64,000 nt of DNA from Pecten maximus (taxonomy: Eukaryota): positions 50,592,001 to 50,656,000 of the forward strand of contig NC_047018.1 of assembly GCF_902652985.1 (NCBI RefSeq). Reading direction: 5' to 3'. Shown here in pieces: positions 52,401 to 64,000 of the stretch. The notes below the pieces were generated by a model, which saw nothing but the letters and a program-made list of their open reading frames with translations, made no database searches and was not told the DNA's origin. Position 1 is the stretch's first letter. Every line of letters starts with the position of its first letter. A program made the position numbers and the translations under genes.

Positions 52401-55400
52401 CAGGACCGGAATTATAGTAGACGCTATTAGGAGATCCGGACTTCCCGGCTACCTGCTGAGCGTTTACATATACATGGGCAGAGTCCACGGGTGTTCCATC
52501 TTGATATGTACATCACAAATATACATGTATGCGTACATTATTCCGATGACGATGTGGAATTAAAGATGACGCATATCGACACAGAGTAGTAAATGATCTT
52601 TAGAAATTTTTCTAGTTAACATATATCACCTGCTGTATTACTGAGAGTGTTTTTCTCCGCCGCATCAGATTTGCCAGGCTGATTTTCTGTTTCTAGTGGT
52701 TCGTTGTACATGTTCACGTGTACATTGGAACGACCGATATCGGTAAAGGATTCCTGTTTACTGGCATTTATTCTACGTCTATAAACGGAAAATGAAATAA
52801 TATAAATTTGTGAGAACAATTTTGATACATAGAAAATATCTAATACTGTCTTAAGTATTGCCAAATATATTTGGCGCATCACTCGTGAAAAATATAAAAA
52901 AATATTAGCCATACGAGTTTTATTTATTACATTTTTATTGTAAAATATACCAGGTCAGCTTTTAATTTCCCTCATTGTCGTTTGTCAACAGTGTTTTGAT
53001 AAGTTAAATCAGAAGTGATATTTGAAAAATAACAGAAAGAAGTGATATTTTTCACGAGCGAAATCTATCACTTTAATAGAATGAACAGTTTGGGATATTT
53101 CACTTTTAAAAATGTAATACATTATTTTCCTTTCTTCATCAATGCCTGTCTGAATTAACAAATTATCAAAAACAACAGGAGTCAACTCAAAATCGTATAA
53201 ACGAGGCAAAATGCAATTAAAGAATCAATTCAATATGCATTTAAACATTTCATCTTTAAGAGAACAAGAGTAGGCGTTCACCAAGGGCGTCCTCTGTTTC
53301 CAGACTATCAGGTTCTAAAATATTAGCAATTACGTTGCAAAATAAATATCAAAAATAGCAACACATTGCCATTTATATTAGTTTAGTTCTGTTTTGTTCA
53401 GCTCTGGCAATTTTCAAATAATATACTAATGAGACTACATTTCGAAAAGTGTTCCTCATGAAGAGGTCTCAATGCTGATACTAATTATTTGTTGTCCAAT
53501 CACATTTCAATTATTTCAGTCTTCCTTCTCATTTTTAATATTAAAATGTTTTCAGGTATAACCCATTGGCATTCGATTTATAAATTCTTGAACATTCAGC
53601 GTTTACATTAACAATCTTGATCTTTTTTCTAAATTTCGCTATCTCTATTAGCTTATTAGTTTTTGGAAAGTCCAAAATCACATCATAACGAAAAAATCAA
53701 CTTTTATAGTAAAAAACTTCTCTTTTTTTTTTTTTTCAAGACTAATATCAAATATTCTTACAAGAAGGCGATTGAGTCATTTTAGGTATCAATTATTGAG
53801 TTTGAAAATGTCAAAATCATTTGAAATAATCTAAGAGTGATACATAATATCTAATCAAAAGTTAGGTATTGCATAAAATAGGCTTTCTTAACAAATGTTT
53901 TTCTTATTATTGATGTACAAGCATGAATATCTGTTGAATATTGAAAAATGATGATTATTCTGGCTTCATGCAATTTCTTAATAAACACTGTAATACACTA
54001 CCTTTTTATGAGGATGACAATAACAATAGCGATGACAGCCACAACAATTACCCCTACAATAGCTCCTACTATTGGCCCTGCCTCTACTGGATGATTTTCG
54101 AACGCTTGGGCTTGTGCTGTAAAATATATATATATAAAAACATGTTATAAAAGAATTAAGGTAATTTCTACTTAATCTTCTAAAACATATCGATACTAAT
54201 CCAAAAGCTTCTGTATTATATCATATTTTTCAAATCAATTACTTTAGATTCATGTATACAAATCTAATTTTGACAATGATCTGTTTGTTAAATAACACTT
54301 TCTTTCATGGATTTCATTCTCATTTAACCGTTTGTGCGTTTGTTATCCTTCATGTAAGTTGATTAGAAACGCAGGGATGAAAAAGTACTTGTATTGCAGA
54401 AATCTCCATGGTAACCAGGATCACACGATGTCACACAAACACCATTGTCCTTTATACAGCTACTGCAATAGCCGCATGTCTTGGTGCAATCCATTCCGTA
54501 CAAACCCGGCGTACATTCTTTTGAAAGGCACAGAAAACAAAATTAAAGCTTCACTGCAAGTAGTCAGAATTGGGTTTCTTTATCAGTTAAATATACAAAA
54601 GGGATCAACATATAATAATTTAAGTTCATAATATTAACGGTTATTAATCATATTGTATTATTTTACAGGTAACAGTGCTAAAATAAACTTACCCGTGCAT
54701 TTTCCGCTCTGCTGATCACATTCAGCACAACTACTATTGCATGTCATCAAACAGTTTGTACCGTAAAATCTTGCAGTACAGCCTAGAAATTAAATGTGTG
54801 TCTTAGTTCAGTAACATAACATAATGATGATGACGTTTCTCGATTAACAAGCATTTGTCATACTTGCAAAAGTGATAAATTGTTAAGAGCAGAATGTGTC
54901 AGCGTGTGCGACGTTTTCTTCGATGTAACAAGACAATAATATTTCATTTATTGAAAGGGGAATATTACTGGATGTGTACAGATATTTAAAAGTATATAAC
55001 CTAGTCATTGTTATTCACCTATACAGTCTCCTGAGTCCTTTCTACACAACTTCTCATCACAATTTCTATGACAGTCCTGATCACACGCATCGCCGTACTT
55101 TCCAGTAACGCATTCTGAAAACATAATAAACATACACAATTGATCATAGTCTTTATCTGTTTTTACCAGCCATTATTTGTCACACGTTAATATTACCATA
55201 TTAAAACAAATTAATTGATACAATGAGAATCATTGATATCAAACAGTAACTCACCTTTACAAGATCCTGTGTCCTGATCACACAGCATGTCTTTACAATT
55301 TCTTGAACAGTTCTGATCACAGTTTGTACCGTACTTTTCAGGGATACAGTCTGTAAAATATAATGTCCCTCCATCGCAAATGATACTTTTACGCATATTA

Positions 55401-58400
55401 TCGTTTTGTCGTCATTTAAATGTCACAAAATTATCATCTTAATTAGGGTAATTGGTTTGAAACGACGACAAGTAGTCAGAACCCATGCATTCTCCGCTTT
55501 GCAGATCACATTTAGCACAACTGCTATTGCATGTCATCAAACAGTTTGTACCGTAAAATCTTGCAGTACAGCCTAGAAATTAAATGTGTGTCTTAATTCA
55601 GTAACATAACATAATGATGAAGACGTTTCTCGATTAACAAGCATTTGTCATACTTGGAAAAGTGATAAATTGTTAAGAGCATAATGTGTCAGCGTGTGCA
55701 AAGTTTTCTTCGATGTAACAAGACATTAATATTTCATTTATTGAAAGGGGATATTACTGGATGTTTTCAGTCATTTAAAAGTATATAACCTAGTTATTGT
55801 TAATCACCTATACAGTCTCCTGAGTCCTTTCTACACAACTGCTCATCACAATTTCTAGGACAGTCCTGATCACACGCATCGCCGTACTTTCCAGTAACGC
55901 ATTCTGAAAACATAATAAACATCGCCAGTGAGTGACAGAACCACAAAACACGTTATGTTGTAACGCAAAAGCTTTACTTTGGCTAAACAGGAAACACGAG
56001 GAGAATAACAAAACGTTTACAAAAGAATCCGGATCCGGATAAACTTTCCGGACACACCTAGTGGCGTTACCACTTTTCCTCTTTTTGTAATATATATTAT
56101 CACATATGAAAAGTCACTGAGGTATCAGGAGTACGATGATATTCTCACTAGCCCTTGAAAACGGAATATTTCGTTTGACGACAAGAAACTGAAGCAACAT
56201 TCAAGTAACGTTTGACATCTCGCACATTCGTTAGCTTTTTTGAGGGTCGTGTGCCTTGCTTGAGGTGGGCACACGTGCGGCGCAAGTCACTACAGTCTGA
56301 CTGAAGGTTGTGCCATGCTGACCGACTGATAAATGGCATGGACGCAGACCCTTCAATGATGTCGTTGGTCGAAGCACTGCGCACAACGGAGTCTGTTGAA
56401 ATATTCACGAAGGTGCAGATCTGACATGTGGGTTCCTCACATGAAAGAGCATTACGACTTGAGAAATCTGCAGGTAGATTAGCAGAGCCAGCTACATGTC
56501 GGATGGTGACCTTGAATCGGCTTGCAGTTGACAGAAATGTGGTTACACGTGGGATAGCAGAAAACTCGCCACGGCAGAGCTTTTTGAATGCTTGCACACA
56601 AGGTTTGCTGTCTGTGAGAACACAAGTGTTGTGTGCAGATTGAATGATATATGGCGAAAAGTGTTTAATGGCGGCTGCTATGGAGAGTGCTTCAATATCA
56701 CACGGAAGCCATCGTGCCTGATTCTTTCTCAGTTTGTCACTGAAGAAACCGCCAAGTTCGGTTTTTCCATCGCGTGTGACATAAAGTGTGGCACCTTGAC
56801 CGGGATTCCGAACGGCACCATCGGTTACAATCCATAGCTGGTCGTTAGAACGAGGTAAGGTGATTGTGCGGTTTGATGAAAGCGCTTTCTGGGCAGCTGT
56901 GAAAGCATTGATAAGTTCATCGGACCAAGAGATATTGTCTTTGGATTCGCGGCCCGCAACAGCATCATCTAGAGCAGACATCAGTTTGGAACAATCCTTC
57001 AGCACTCTTGCCATAACTTTGTAAGCGCCGATGAAAGATCTGAGACCTGATACCCTAGAAGGCCTAGAGCATGTGGATAAAGTGGATATGCGGTGAGGAC
57101 TTGCGCGAATAGTCCCTAGGCACCATGTCCATCCTAAAATTGAAGTTTGCTTTGGGGCAATGACAGTTTTTGACGCGGAAAGATTCAATCCGCTCTGTCT
57201 GAGTGCTACAAGAACATCTATCCAGTTGGTCAACAATTCTTCCAATGTGTTACAACCGCAGTATAGGTCGTCAGCGACTTTGGCAACACAACCTTTCTCC
57301 ACCAAGTCACCCAGTACACGGCATGTAAGTTCCTCCAAAGCTGTTTCCGAGCCTGGCATGCCCATGGCACACCTTGCATACACACGGACACCCTTAAATG
57401 GTGTTACTACGCCACAGTATTTCATAGAGTCTCGGGACATTGGTATCTGGTAAAATGCCTTTGTAAGATCAGTGGTAATAATGTACTTCCATTGCGCGAT
57501 CTGTCGTAGTGTAGAATCCACGTCGGGTATGATAGATGGTTGCGGTTTGGCGTAGCAACCAACATCGGCGAACGCAGTAACTAAACGATAACCTCCTTGT
57601 GGTTTCCTAATCAGGAAGGATTGTTTAACATATTCAACGGCAATGTTTATGCCCTCGGGTCGTCTGAAAACACCCATACCCTCAAGCTCGTCAAATTTGT
57701 CTTGCAGTTCTACGAGTTGGTTTCGCGAATATTGAGGAACTCTCCCTTTCCGTTGGGGTGGTTGGACGGGCCCCATGTTGACATGTGCCTGGAACGATCC
57801 AACAGCACCATTGTAGCCTTTGAATGTCGGATTAAACACATCATCGAACTCCAAAAGCACCTTGTTAAATTTGGCCTTCATATTGTGCGGTAAGATGTTA
57901 TCTGGATCTAGTTTGACTAGCTCCGAGTGGTGAGTCATAGTCGAAATTCTGTGCTTACATGTAGGTGTTGCACTTACATCAAGCTCTTGGACGAGGTCAG
58001 GAGAGGTTGTGGTTCTCGCAATGCAGAAATGCTCATGTCTCTTCACTTGTTGAGGCAACTTTGTGAGATTCGGAATACGGGTTTTGCCAGATACGATTGA
58101 CACTATGGTCGGTTGGGGCCAGACGGTGTCATTATCCTTGCCCGCCTCAGGGGGCTCAAGTGCAATTGTCTCATTACTGTGATGAAACTGGTCAGTGAGA
58201 TTAATTTCTATGTACTCACCAGGCCAGATACTTGATCGCGATGGTGCGCGCAGTACACGTCGAACTGCATGTCTATCCATCGATGATGGGGGCGAGTTAT
58301 AGGAATACGTTGAGCTACCACCAACCATGATTAGTCGTTTTGCAGGTCGGACAAGAATATTATTGGCTTCCATCAACGGGATTCCAGCAAGGACATCCGA

Positions 58401-61400
58401 ATCAAGGTTTTCAACAGTAAGTCCCTCGAAATACAAGTGGAGTCCATCAAGAGAGAATGTTGCTCGTGTTTCGCCAAGTAGTTTCAATGGAGACGATCCG
58501 TCGGCTTGGTTCGCAGACTGCCATGTGCTAGTCACTCATTAGCCTAAATTGGATGCACACGACGCGCGCATCATGTTTGCAGTCGCACCGCTATCGATTG
58601 TTAGTCGTACTACAGTATGGGAACAAAACACATCCAAATATGGAGACTGTTGAACTCTGACCCTGTTTATGATTGGAGGCAGAGCCTCTTCACTCTCAGA
58701 ATTATGGTCTGAACTATCATCCTCACAAGTGCCAATGATTTGTTGTGCACGTGCGAAAAATTTCTGGTCCTGTGTTGGAAGGAAGCTACATTTACTTAAA
58801 AAATGGTTACTGTCCCTTCTTTCTGCTTTGCACAGTGGGCATGATTTCCATGGTTTTCTAAACTGTACTGTTTTTGGAGGTGCGGAGGATCGTTTTGATG
58901 AATATGATGCTGCGGTACGCATCGCTCTAGCGTCTTCAGTAGTTTGGAGCTCCTCGCGTAAGGAGTCGAGGGCCTGAGAAATGTCAGGCTTGATGGATGC
59001 GAGAGTTCTTGATCGTAGCTCTGTCCCATACCTTTGCTTCACTAATTTAGGGAGATCACTATGAATGAGCCTTAACCACGTTAAAATCACAAAATTCTCT
59101 AAAGAGGAAGTCATTTCCTCATCTTCAACTATTTCTTCACCGTGATGCGTGATACCGGAATCAGTGCATAACAGGTTGTCCTCTGTAAATGCCATCAATC
59201 TTTGATACAGCTCTTCATATCTTTCAGTGGGTTCAAGTTTGATAGAACAAAAGTCAATGAAGTGAGTCCCTGTCGACTGAAATCCATAATGATATCTGAT
59301 TTGTTGCCAGATAAATGCAATTGAGTTTTTAACAATGGTGTTTCTGGCAATTATGGGGGCATAATTTGCTATTTGTCCTAACATAAGTTCTAAGGTGGTT
59401 ACCTTTTGTTCGCGTGTCTTACGTATAGCCTCGGCAACATCTTCGCCGTCGTTTCAAAGCCCCTATGTGGTGCGGCTCTCGTTTTCCTTTCCCAATGTGC
59501 GCCATCAATTAGAAATGGAGCAAAATTAGAGTCAAGTGAAAGTGTATATACGAGGCTTTGTTTCCAGTTCTCGAATGAATTGACAGTTTCAGTTTTTGTG
59601 AGGCTCCATTGCTGCGGGGCCCTGTGCGCCATGATCGAATATGTATACTTCACAACGTGTAACTGTTACTGCCACTTACGTTATTGTTGTCCAAACGTGA
59701 GTTCACAAACGATGCCACCACGCCAGTGAGTGACATAACCACAAACACGTTATGTTGTAACGCAAAAAACTTAACTATGGCTAAACAGGAAACACGAGGA
59801 GAATAACAAAACGTTTACAAAAGAATCCGGATCCGGATAAATTTTCCGGACACACCTAGTGGCGCATATATAATTGATCATAGTCTTTATCTGTTTTTAC
59901 CAGCCATTATTTGTCACACGTTAATATAACCATATTAAAACAAATTAATTGATACAATGAGAAATATTGATATCAAACAGTAACTCACCTTTACAAGATC
60001 CTGTGTCCCGATCACACAACATGTCTTTACAATTTCTTGAACAGTTCTGATCACAGTTGTATGTACCGTACTTTTCAGGGATACAGTCTGTAAAATATAA
60101 TGTCCCTCCATCGCAAATGATACTTTAACGCATATTATCGTTTTGTCGTTATTCAAATGTCACATTAATATCATCTTAATTAGGGTAATTGGTTTGAAAC
60201 GACGAAAAGTAGTCAGAACCCATGCATTCTCCGCTTTGCAGATCACATGAAGCACAACTGCAATTGCATGTCATCAAACAGTTTGTACCGTAAAATCTTG
60301 CAGTACAGCCTAGAAATTAAATGTGTGTCTTAGTTCAGTAACATAACATAATGATGATGATTTTTTTTCGATTAACAAGCGTTTGTCAAACTTGGAAAAG
60401 TGATAAATTGTTAAGAGCAGAATGTGTCAGCGTGTGCAAAGTTTTCTTCGATGTAACAAGACAATAATATTTCATTTATTGAAAGGGGATATTACTGGAT
60501 GTTTTCAGTCATTTAAAAGTATATAACCTAGTCATTGTTATTCACCTATACAGTCTCCTGAGTCCTTTCTACACAACTTCTCATCACAATTTCTAGGACA
60601 GTCTTGATCACACGAATCGCCGTACTTTCCAGTAACACATTCTAAAAACATAAGAATGAATAATTGATCATGGTCATTATCTGTTTTTACCAGCTTTTAT
60701 TTATTGTCAATAACATTTGTACGATTTATCACATGTTAATATTACCATATTAAAACAAATTAATTGATACAAAGAAAAATATTGATATCGGACAGTAACT
60801 CACCTTTACAGGATCCTTTGTCCCGATCACACAGCGTGTCCTTACAATTTCCTGAACAGTTTTGATCACAGTTAGCACCGTACTTTCCAGGAATACAGCC
60901 TGTAAAATATAACGTCCCTCCATCGCAAATGATACTTTAACGCATATTATCGTTTTGTCGTCATTTAAATGTCACAATATTACTATCTTAATTTTGGTAA
61001 TTGGTTTGAAACGATGACAAGTAGTCAGAACCTGTGCATTCTCCGCTCTGCTGCTCACATTTAGCACAGTTGCTATTGCATGTCATCAAACAGTTTGTAC
61101 CGTAAAATCATCCAGTATAGTCTAGAAAGTAAATGTGTGACTTCATAATGTGAGATAATGATAAAGATGTTCCACGATTAACAAGCATTTGTAATTTGTA
61201 AAAGTGATAAAAGGTTAAGAGCAGAATGTGTAATTCATCAGCGTGTGCAAAGTAATCTTCAATGTAGCAAGACATCCATATTTCATTTATTGAAAGGGGA
61301 ATATTACCTGCATTCAATAGTATATAACCTATTAATTGTTATTTACCTATACAGTGTCCCGAGTCCCTTTTACACAACGTCTCATTACAATTTCTAGGAC

Positions 61401-63653
61401 AGTCCTGATTACACGAATCACCGTACCTTCCAGTAACGCATTCTGAAAACATAATAATGCATAATTAATCATGGTAATTATCTATTTTTGCCGGGTTTTT
61501 TTATTATCAATTTTATTTGCACGATTTATCACACGTTATTATTACCATATTAAAACAAATTGCAGTCAAACCTGTCTATAAAGAACGCCCAATGGGAGAC
61601 AAAAACGGTCAATATAGACAGGTTGCCTTTATAGACAGGTCAAAATTATCTCACAAACCAGTTTCCGTGAAACTGCAATAAATAACTTCTCCCTGAACAG
61701 GAGATTCAGCACATTTTCAGAGGTCAAATCAATGCGTACAATTTTTATGTATATATATATCTTATAAATCTGAAAGATTAATTCTTTATTAAAAAGACTT
61801 TTCCATTAAAAACTCAATAATAAAACATGATTTTCTGGAGTCCAAGACGAAACATAACTCAAAATGGTCTAATGGATACAAAAGTAACTTTTTAAAAATT
61901 TTGTTCTGAAATATTATTATATTTATTTATCAAGTTATCTCCCTTCCTTTCTTAAATTAAAAAACACACAATATTTTATGAATTATTTTGTAATTGATAC
62001 AATTAAAAATATATCAAACAGTAACTCACCTTTACAAGATCCTGTGTCCCAATCACACATCATGTCCTTACAATTTCCTGAACAGTTCTGATCACAGTTA
62101 GTACCGTGCTTTCCAGGTATACAGTCTGTAAAATATCAGTGTCTATCCATAGTAAATGATACTTTAATACATATTATCGTTTTGTCGTCATATAAATGTC
62201 AAAGTATTATCATCTTAATTACCGTTATTGGTTTAATACGACGACAAATAAGGTCCACAATGAGCTTTTAAAAATGAATTTCTGTGCTTTTGATAGTTTG
62301 TATTGTTTTTGAAGGTATGCAAAAACTATCCAATATTTTACTTCGAGATGAGAAAAAAAATCTTCTGACAATCATATCGTAGCAATTTTCGGACAACAAA
62401 CTAAACAAAACTCTCATTCAGATACAAAAACGAAATGTCTTATTATTTCTGCCTCAGAAACTAGATAATGAATTACTACGGCTACTAGATAACTATGTGA
62501 TGTTCTCAACACGTTAACTGCGATAGTGATACAGGTAAACTTAAACGTCTAGTAGAGACCAAGGCGGAATCTTCATCTTACCCTTTAATAATAATTTTTA
62601 AAATGTTAAAAATATACTATACACACTATATAGCTATGAATAATCCGTCACAACAGTTGAACTTTATCGGCGAAGACTGGGGGGAAATGAAAATAAATCG
62701 AAAACACTGGTGTATTAGACAATATTTATGTTAAAATACTATTTACATTGATATTAATAACTTATCTCGATACATGTATATGATATTTTACTGACTTTCA
62801 ATTTTGTTCAATGCATGAGGTTGACTTTGCAAGGTTAACGGTAATAATGGTGAATTCATTTGGTAATATTCTTTATTATATATTATGAATATGCTCGTAG
62901 GCCTGAAGCTCACCATAACATTCCCCATTAAATGTCACAGTATTATTATCTTAATTTTGGTAATTGGTTTGAAACGATGACAAGTAGTCAGAACCCGTGC
63001 ATTCTCCGCTCTGCTGCTCACATTTAGCACAGTTGCTATGGCATGTCATCAAACAGTTTGTACCGTAAAATCATCCAGTATAGTCTAGAAAGTAAATGTG
63101 TGACTTCATAATGTGAGATAATGATAAAGATGTTCCACGATTAACAAGCATTTGTAATTTGTAAAAGTGATAAAAGGTTAAGAGCAGAATGTGTAATTCA
63201 TCAGCGTGTGCAAAGTAATCTTCAATGTAGCAAGACATTCATATTTCATTTATTGAAAGGGGAATATTACCTGCATTCAATAGTATATGCAAGGTTAACG
63301 GTAATAATGGTGAATTCATTTGGTAATATTCTATATCTGAATTTTACTTTATTATGTATTATGAATATGCTCGTAGGCCTGAAGCTCACCATAACATTCC
63401 CCATTAATTTTCTCACACTCTCTGTCCTTGCAATTTTTAGAACATCTATGTTCACATCGAATACCGTACCGCTGATGAGCACAATCTGGAAATACACAAA
63501 ATAATATTTATTTACCTCATGTGTGCTACCTTATTATCGATATCATCGTATATATAGCCATTACAATTGTAAGTACAACGCTATCAACTTTAATATTATT
63601 TTTTTGAATGCATGTCATTAATGGCTTTGACTTCTTTAATGACTCAAGTAAGG

Positions 63654-63689
<36 letters not shown>

Positions 63690-63847
63690 AATTAGAGAGA
63701 ATCACGAACCACTTGACCAAATCAATTACACAGTAGATAAAAATAAATCGCCTATACAGTTTCCCGTGGACTTTTCACACAACATATCCTTACAATTTCG
63801 AGGACAGTCCTGATCACATGTGTTTCCGTACTTTCCAGGGATACAAT
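43390..63847 (-). CDS. Gene B: receptor-type protein tyrosine phosphatase with multi-EGF-like ectodomain, 5'-incomplete (continues past the window end)
   Basis: EGF-like exons: 63752-63847, 63390-63485, 62030-62125, 61347-61442, 60804-60899, 60546-60641, (60220-60309), 59989-60087, 55808-55903, (55483-55572), 55255-55350, 55019-55114, 54693-54782, 54389-54517. TM exon 54002-54116. Juxtamembrane exons 52630-52778 and 52318-52499. D1: 51488-51575, 50872-50948, 50427-50463, 49973-50070, 49416-49544, 48981-49126 (WPDHG..HC), 48620-48755 (SAGIGRTG), 47827-47973. D2: 47176-47275, 46693-46766, 45828-45953, 45139-45255, 44631-44788, 44267-44402, 43390-43458 ([22 protein letters not shown]). Confidence 0.93.
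46328..46555. repeat. 54-63-bp minisatellite, ~4 copies
   Basis: TATCAA(C/A)AGA..GTTCTTGCT at 46331, 46385, 46448 and 46511. Confidence 0.8.
55923..56066 (-). repeat. 3' LTR
   Basis: Direct repeat of 59721-59864 with about 5 substitutions and 2 single-base indels; preceded by the PPT. Confidence 0.93.
56073..56086 (-). other. Polypurine tract
   Basis: AAAAAGAGGAAAAG, 6 nt before the 3' LTR. Confidence 0.8.
56148..58535 (-). CDS. pol: pol fragment: protease C-part, reverse transcriptase, RNase H; truncated before integrase
   Basis: 795-aa ORF with [22 protein letters not shown] (YxDD equivalent), LRSFIG and RNase H motifs VTDG / IEAL / LTDSKP / ADFSSR. No DDE integrase core before the PPT. 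Confidence 0.9.
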   Translation of the reverse strand: MTSTWQSANQADGSSPLKLLGETRATFSLDGLHLYFEGLTVENLDSDVLAGIPLMEANNILVRPAKRLIMVGGSSTYSYNSPPSSMDRHAVRRVLRAPSRSSIWPGEYIEINLTDQFHHSNETIALEPPEAGKDNDTVWPQPTIVSIVSGKTRIPNLTKLPQQVKRHEHFCIARTTTSPDLVQELDVSATPTCKHRISTMTHHSELVKLDPDNILPHNMKAKFNKVLLEFDDVFNPTFKGYNGAVGSFQAHVNMGPVQPPQRKGRVPQYSRNQLVELQDKFDELEGMGVFRRPEGINIAVEYVKQSFLIRKPQGGYRLVTAFADVGCYAKPQPSIIPDVDSTLRQIAQWKYIITTDLTKAFYQIPMSRDSMKYCGVVTPFKGVRVYARCAMGMPGSETALEELTCRVLGDLVEKGCVAKVADDLYCGCNTLEELLTNWIDVLVALRQSGLNLSASKTVIAPKQTSILGWTWCLGTIRASPHRISTLSTCSRPSRVSGLRSFIGAYKVMARVLKDCSKLMSALDDAVAGRESKDNISWSDELINAFTAAQKALSSNRTITLPRSNDQLWIVTDGAVRNPGQGATLYVTRDGKTELGGFFSDKLRKNQARWLPCDIEALSIAAAIKHFSPYIIQSAHNTCVLTDSKPCVQAFKKLCRGEFSAIPRVTTFLSTASRFKVTIRHVAGSANLPADFSSRNALSCEEPTCQICTFVNISTDSVVRSASTNDIIEGSASMPFISRSAWHNLQSDCSDLRRTCAHLKQGTRPSKKLTNVRDVKRYLNVASVSCRQTKYSVFKG
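58539..59632 (-). pseudogene. gag: gag and N-terminal protease region, frameshifted
   Basis: Starts [11 protein letters not shown], frameshift near 59400-59450, zinc knuckle CPLC-x8-H-x4-C, protease motif LTIDSGATA, then TAA TGA in frame with pol. Confidence 0.85.
59710..59720 (-). other. Primer-binding site, tRNA-Leu-like
   Basis: TGGTGGCATCG abuts the 5' LTR and resembles the complement of tRNA-Leu 3' ends (TGGTGGCAGCG). Confidence 0.65.
59721..59864 (-). repeat. 5' LTR
   Basis: Termini CGCCA...TGGCG; followed directly on the minus strand by the PBS TGGTGGCATCG. Confidence 0.93.
61032..61121 (-). pseudogene. EGF pseudo-exon with an in-frame TGA
   Basis: Reads [13 protein letters not shown]..; the first Cys is replaced by Tyr, TGA is at 61108-61110, and the donor is GTTCTG. 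Confidence 0.8.
61563..61990. mobile_element. Truncated Tc1/pogo-like MITE in an EGF-array intron
   Basis: Starts CAGTCAAACCTGTCTATAAAG with TATAGACAGGT subrepeats. It occupies a TA site that is empty in the sister units; no right TIR is seen. Confidence 0.6.
62995..63084 (-). pseudogene. EGF pseudo-exon with an in-frame TGA (copy of 61032-61121)
   Basis: Same lesions; TGA at 63071-63073. Confidence 0.8.
63656..63688 (+). repeat. Poly-G run (~33 nt)
   Basis: Read directly; a shorter G run is at 23124-23145. Confidence 0.9.
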
Positions 63848-64000
63848 CTGAAATCATAAGAATCCTCCCAAAATAATGCTTATTTTAACGTATACTATTG
63901 TTTGGTTCGCTAACATGTAGTTTTCCCTACTTAACATTGAGTATTAATACTCCGAATCTGTCGCAATTGAAAATATTGAAAAATCCACGCCCACCAAAAA

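Larger units (their letters stand above)
55923..59864 (-). mobile_element. Gypsy-type LTR retrotransposon (Troyka-like), defective, integrase missing
   Basis: Two 144-bp LTRs, CAT target duplication (55920-55922 and 59865-59867), PBS, PPT and gag-pro-RT-RNase H coding sequence. Confidence 0.95.
54693..62245 (-). repeat. ~790-810-bp tandem unit of three EGF-like exons (96, 96, 90 nt) with their introns, 4 copies
   Basis: The 90-nt exons end at 54693, 55483, 60220 and 61032. Periods are 790, 792 (after removing the LTR element) and 812. Intron sequences are near-identical between units. Confidence 0.92.

Noticed and set aside
58536-58541. Programmed gag-pol readthrough
   Set aside because: Two consecutive stops fall inside the protease domain, after the DSG motif, in a copy with other lesions; decay is more likely.
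56428-59729. Plus-strand ORFs overlapping the retrotransposon
   Set aside because: Antisense shadows of gag-pol with no motifs.
63526-63720. Poly-proline ORF
   Set aside because: Translation of an intronic homopolymer run whose length may be a sequencing artefact.

Overview
AT-rich eukaryotic genomic DNA, most likely a bivalve mollusc (inferred from the repeat types and gene architecture). The window is part of a head-to-tail, minus-strand cluster of receptor-type protein tyrosine phosphatase genes. Their layout is signal peptide, short Cys-rich EGF/laminin-EGF-like modules, TM helix, active D1 and degenerate D2. Gene A spans ~10.1-24.9 kb, gene B spans 43.4 kb to beyond 64 kb, and the probable first exon of a third paralogue lies at ~1.2 kb. 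Between A and B is an inverted, pseudogenised block of F-type lectin and EGF exons, and four paralogous signal-peptide exons are scattered across the window. Both complete 3' ends are followed by 30-38 tandem 41-bp copies of the gene's own last 11 codons plus stop codon. Gene B's ectodomain is a ~790-bp three-exon tandem array interrupted by a Gypsy-type LTR element with CG...CG termini and a 3-bp TSD (Troyka-like). The rest contains Helentron/HINE-type satellite-bearing elements, a SINE family with an unusual 5' head, MITEs, and mariner, P-like and DDE_Tnp_4-type transposase remnants. Exon coordinates were read by eye from GT/AG sites and reading phase; no database searches were run.
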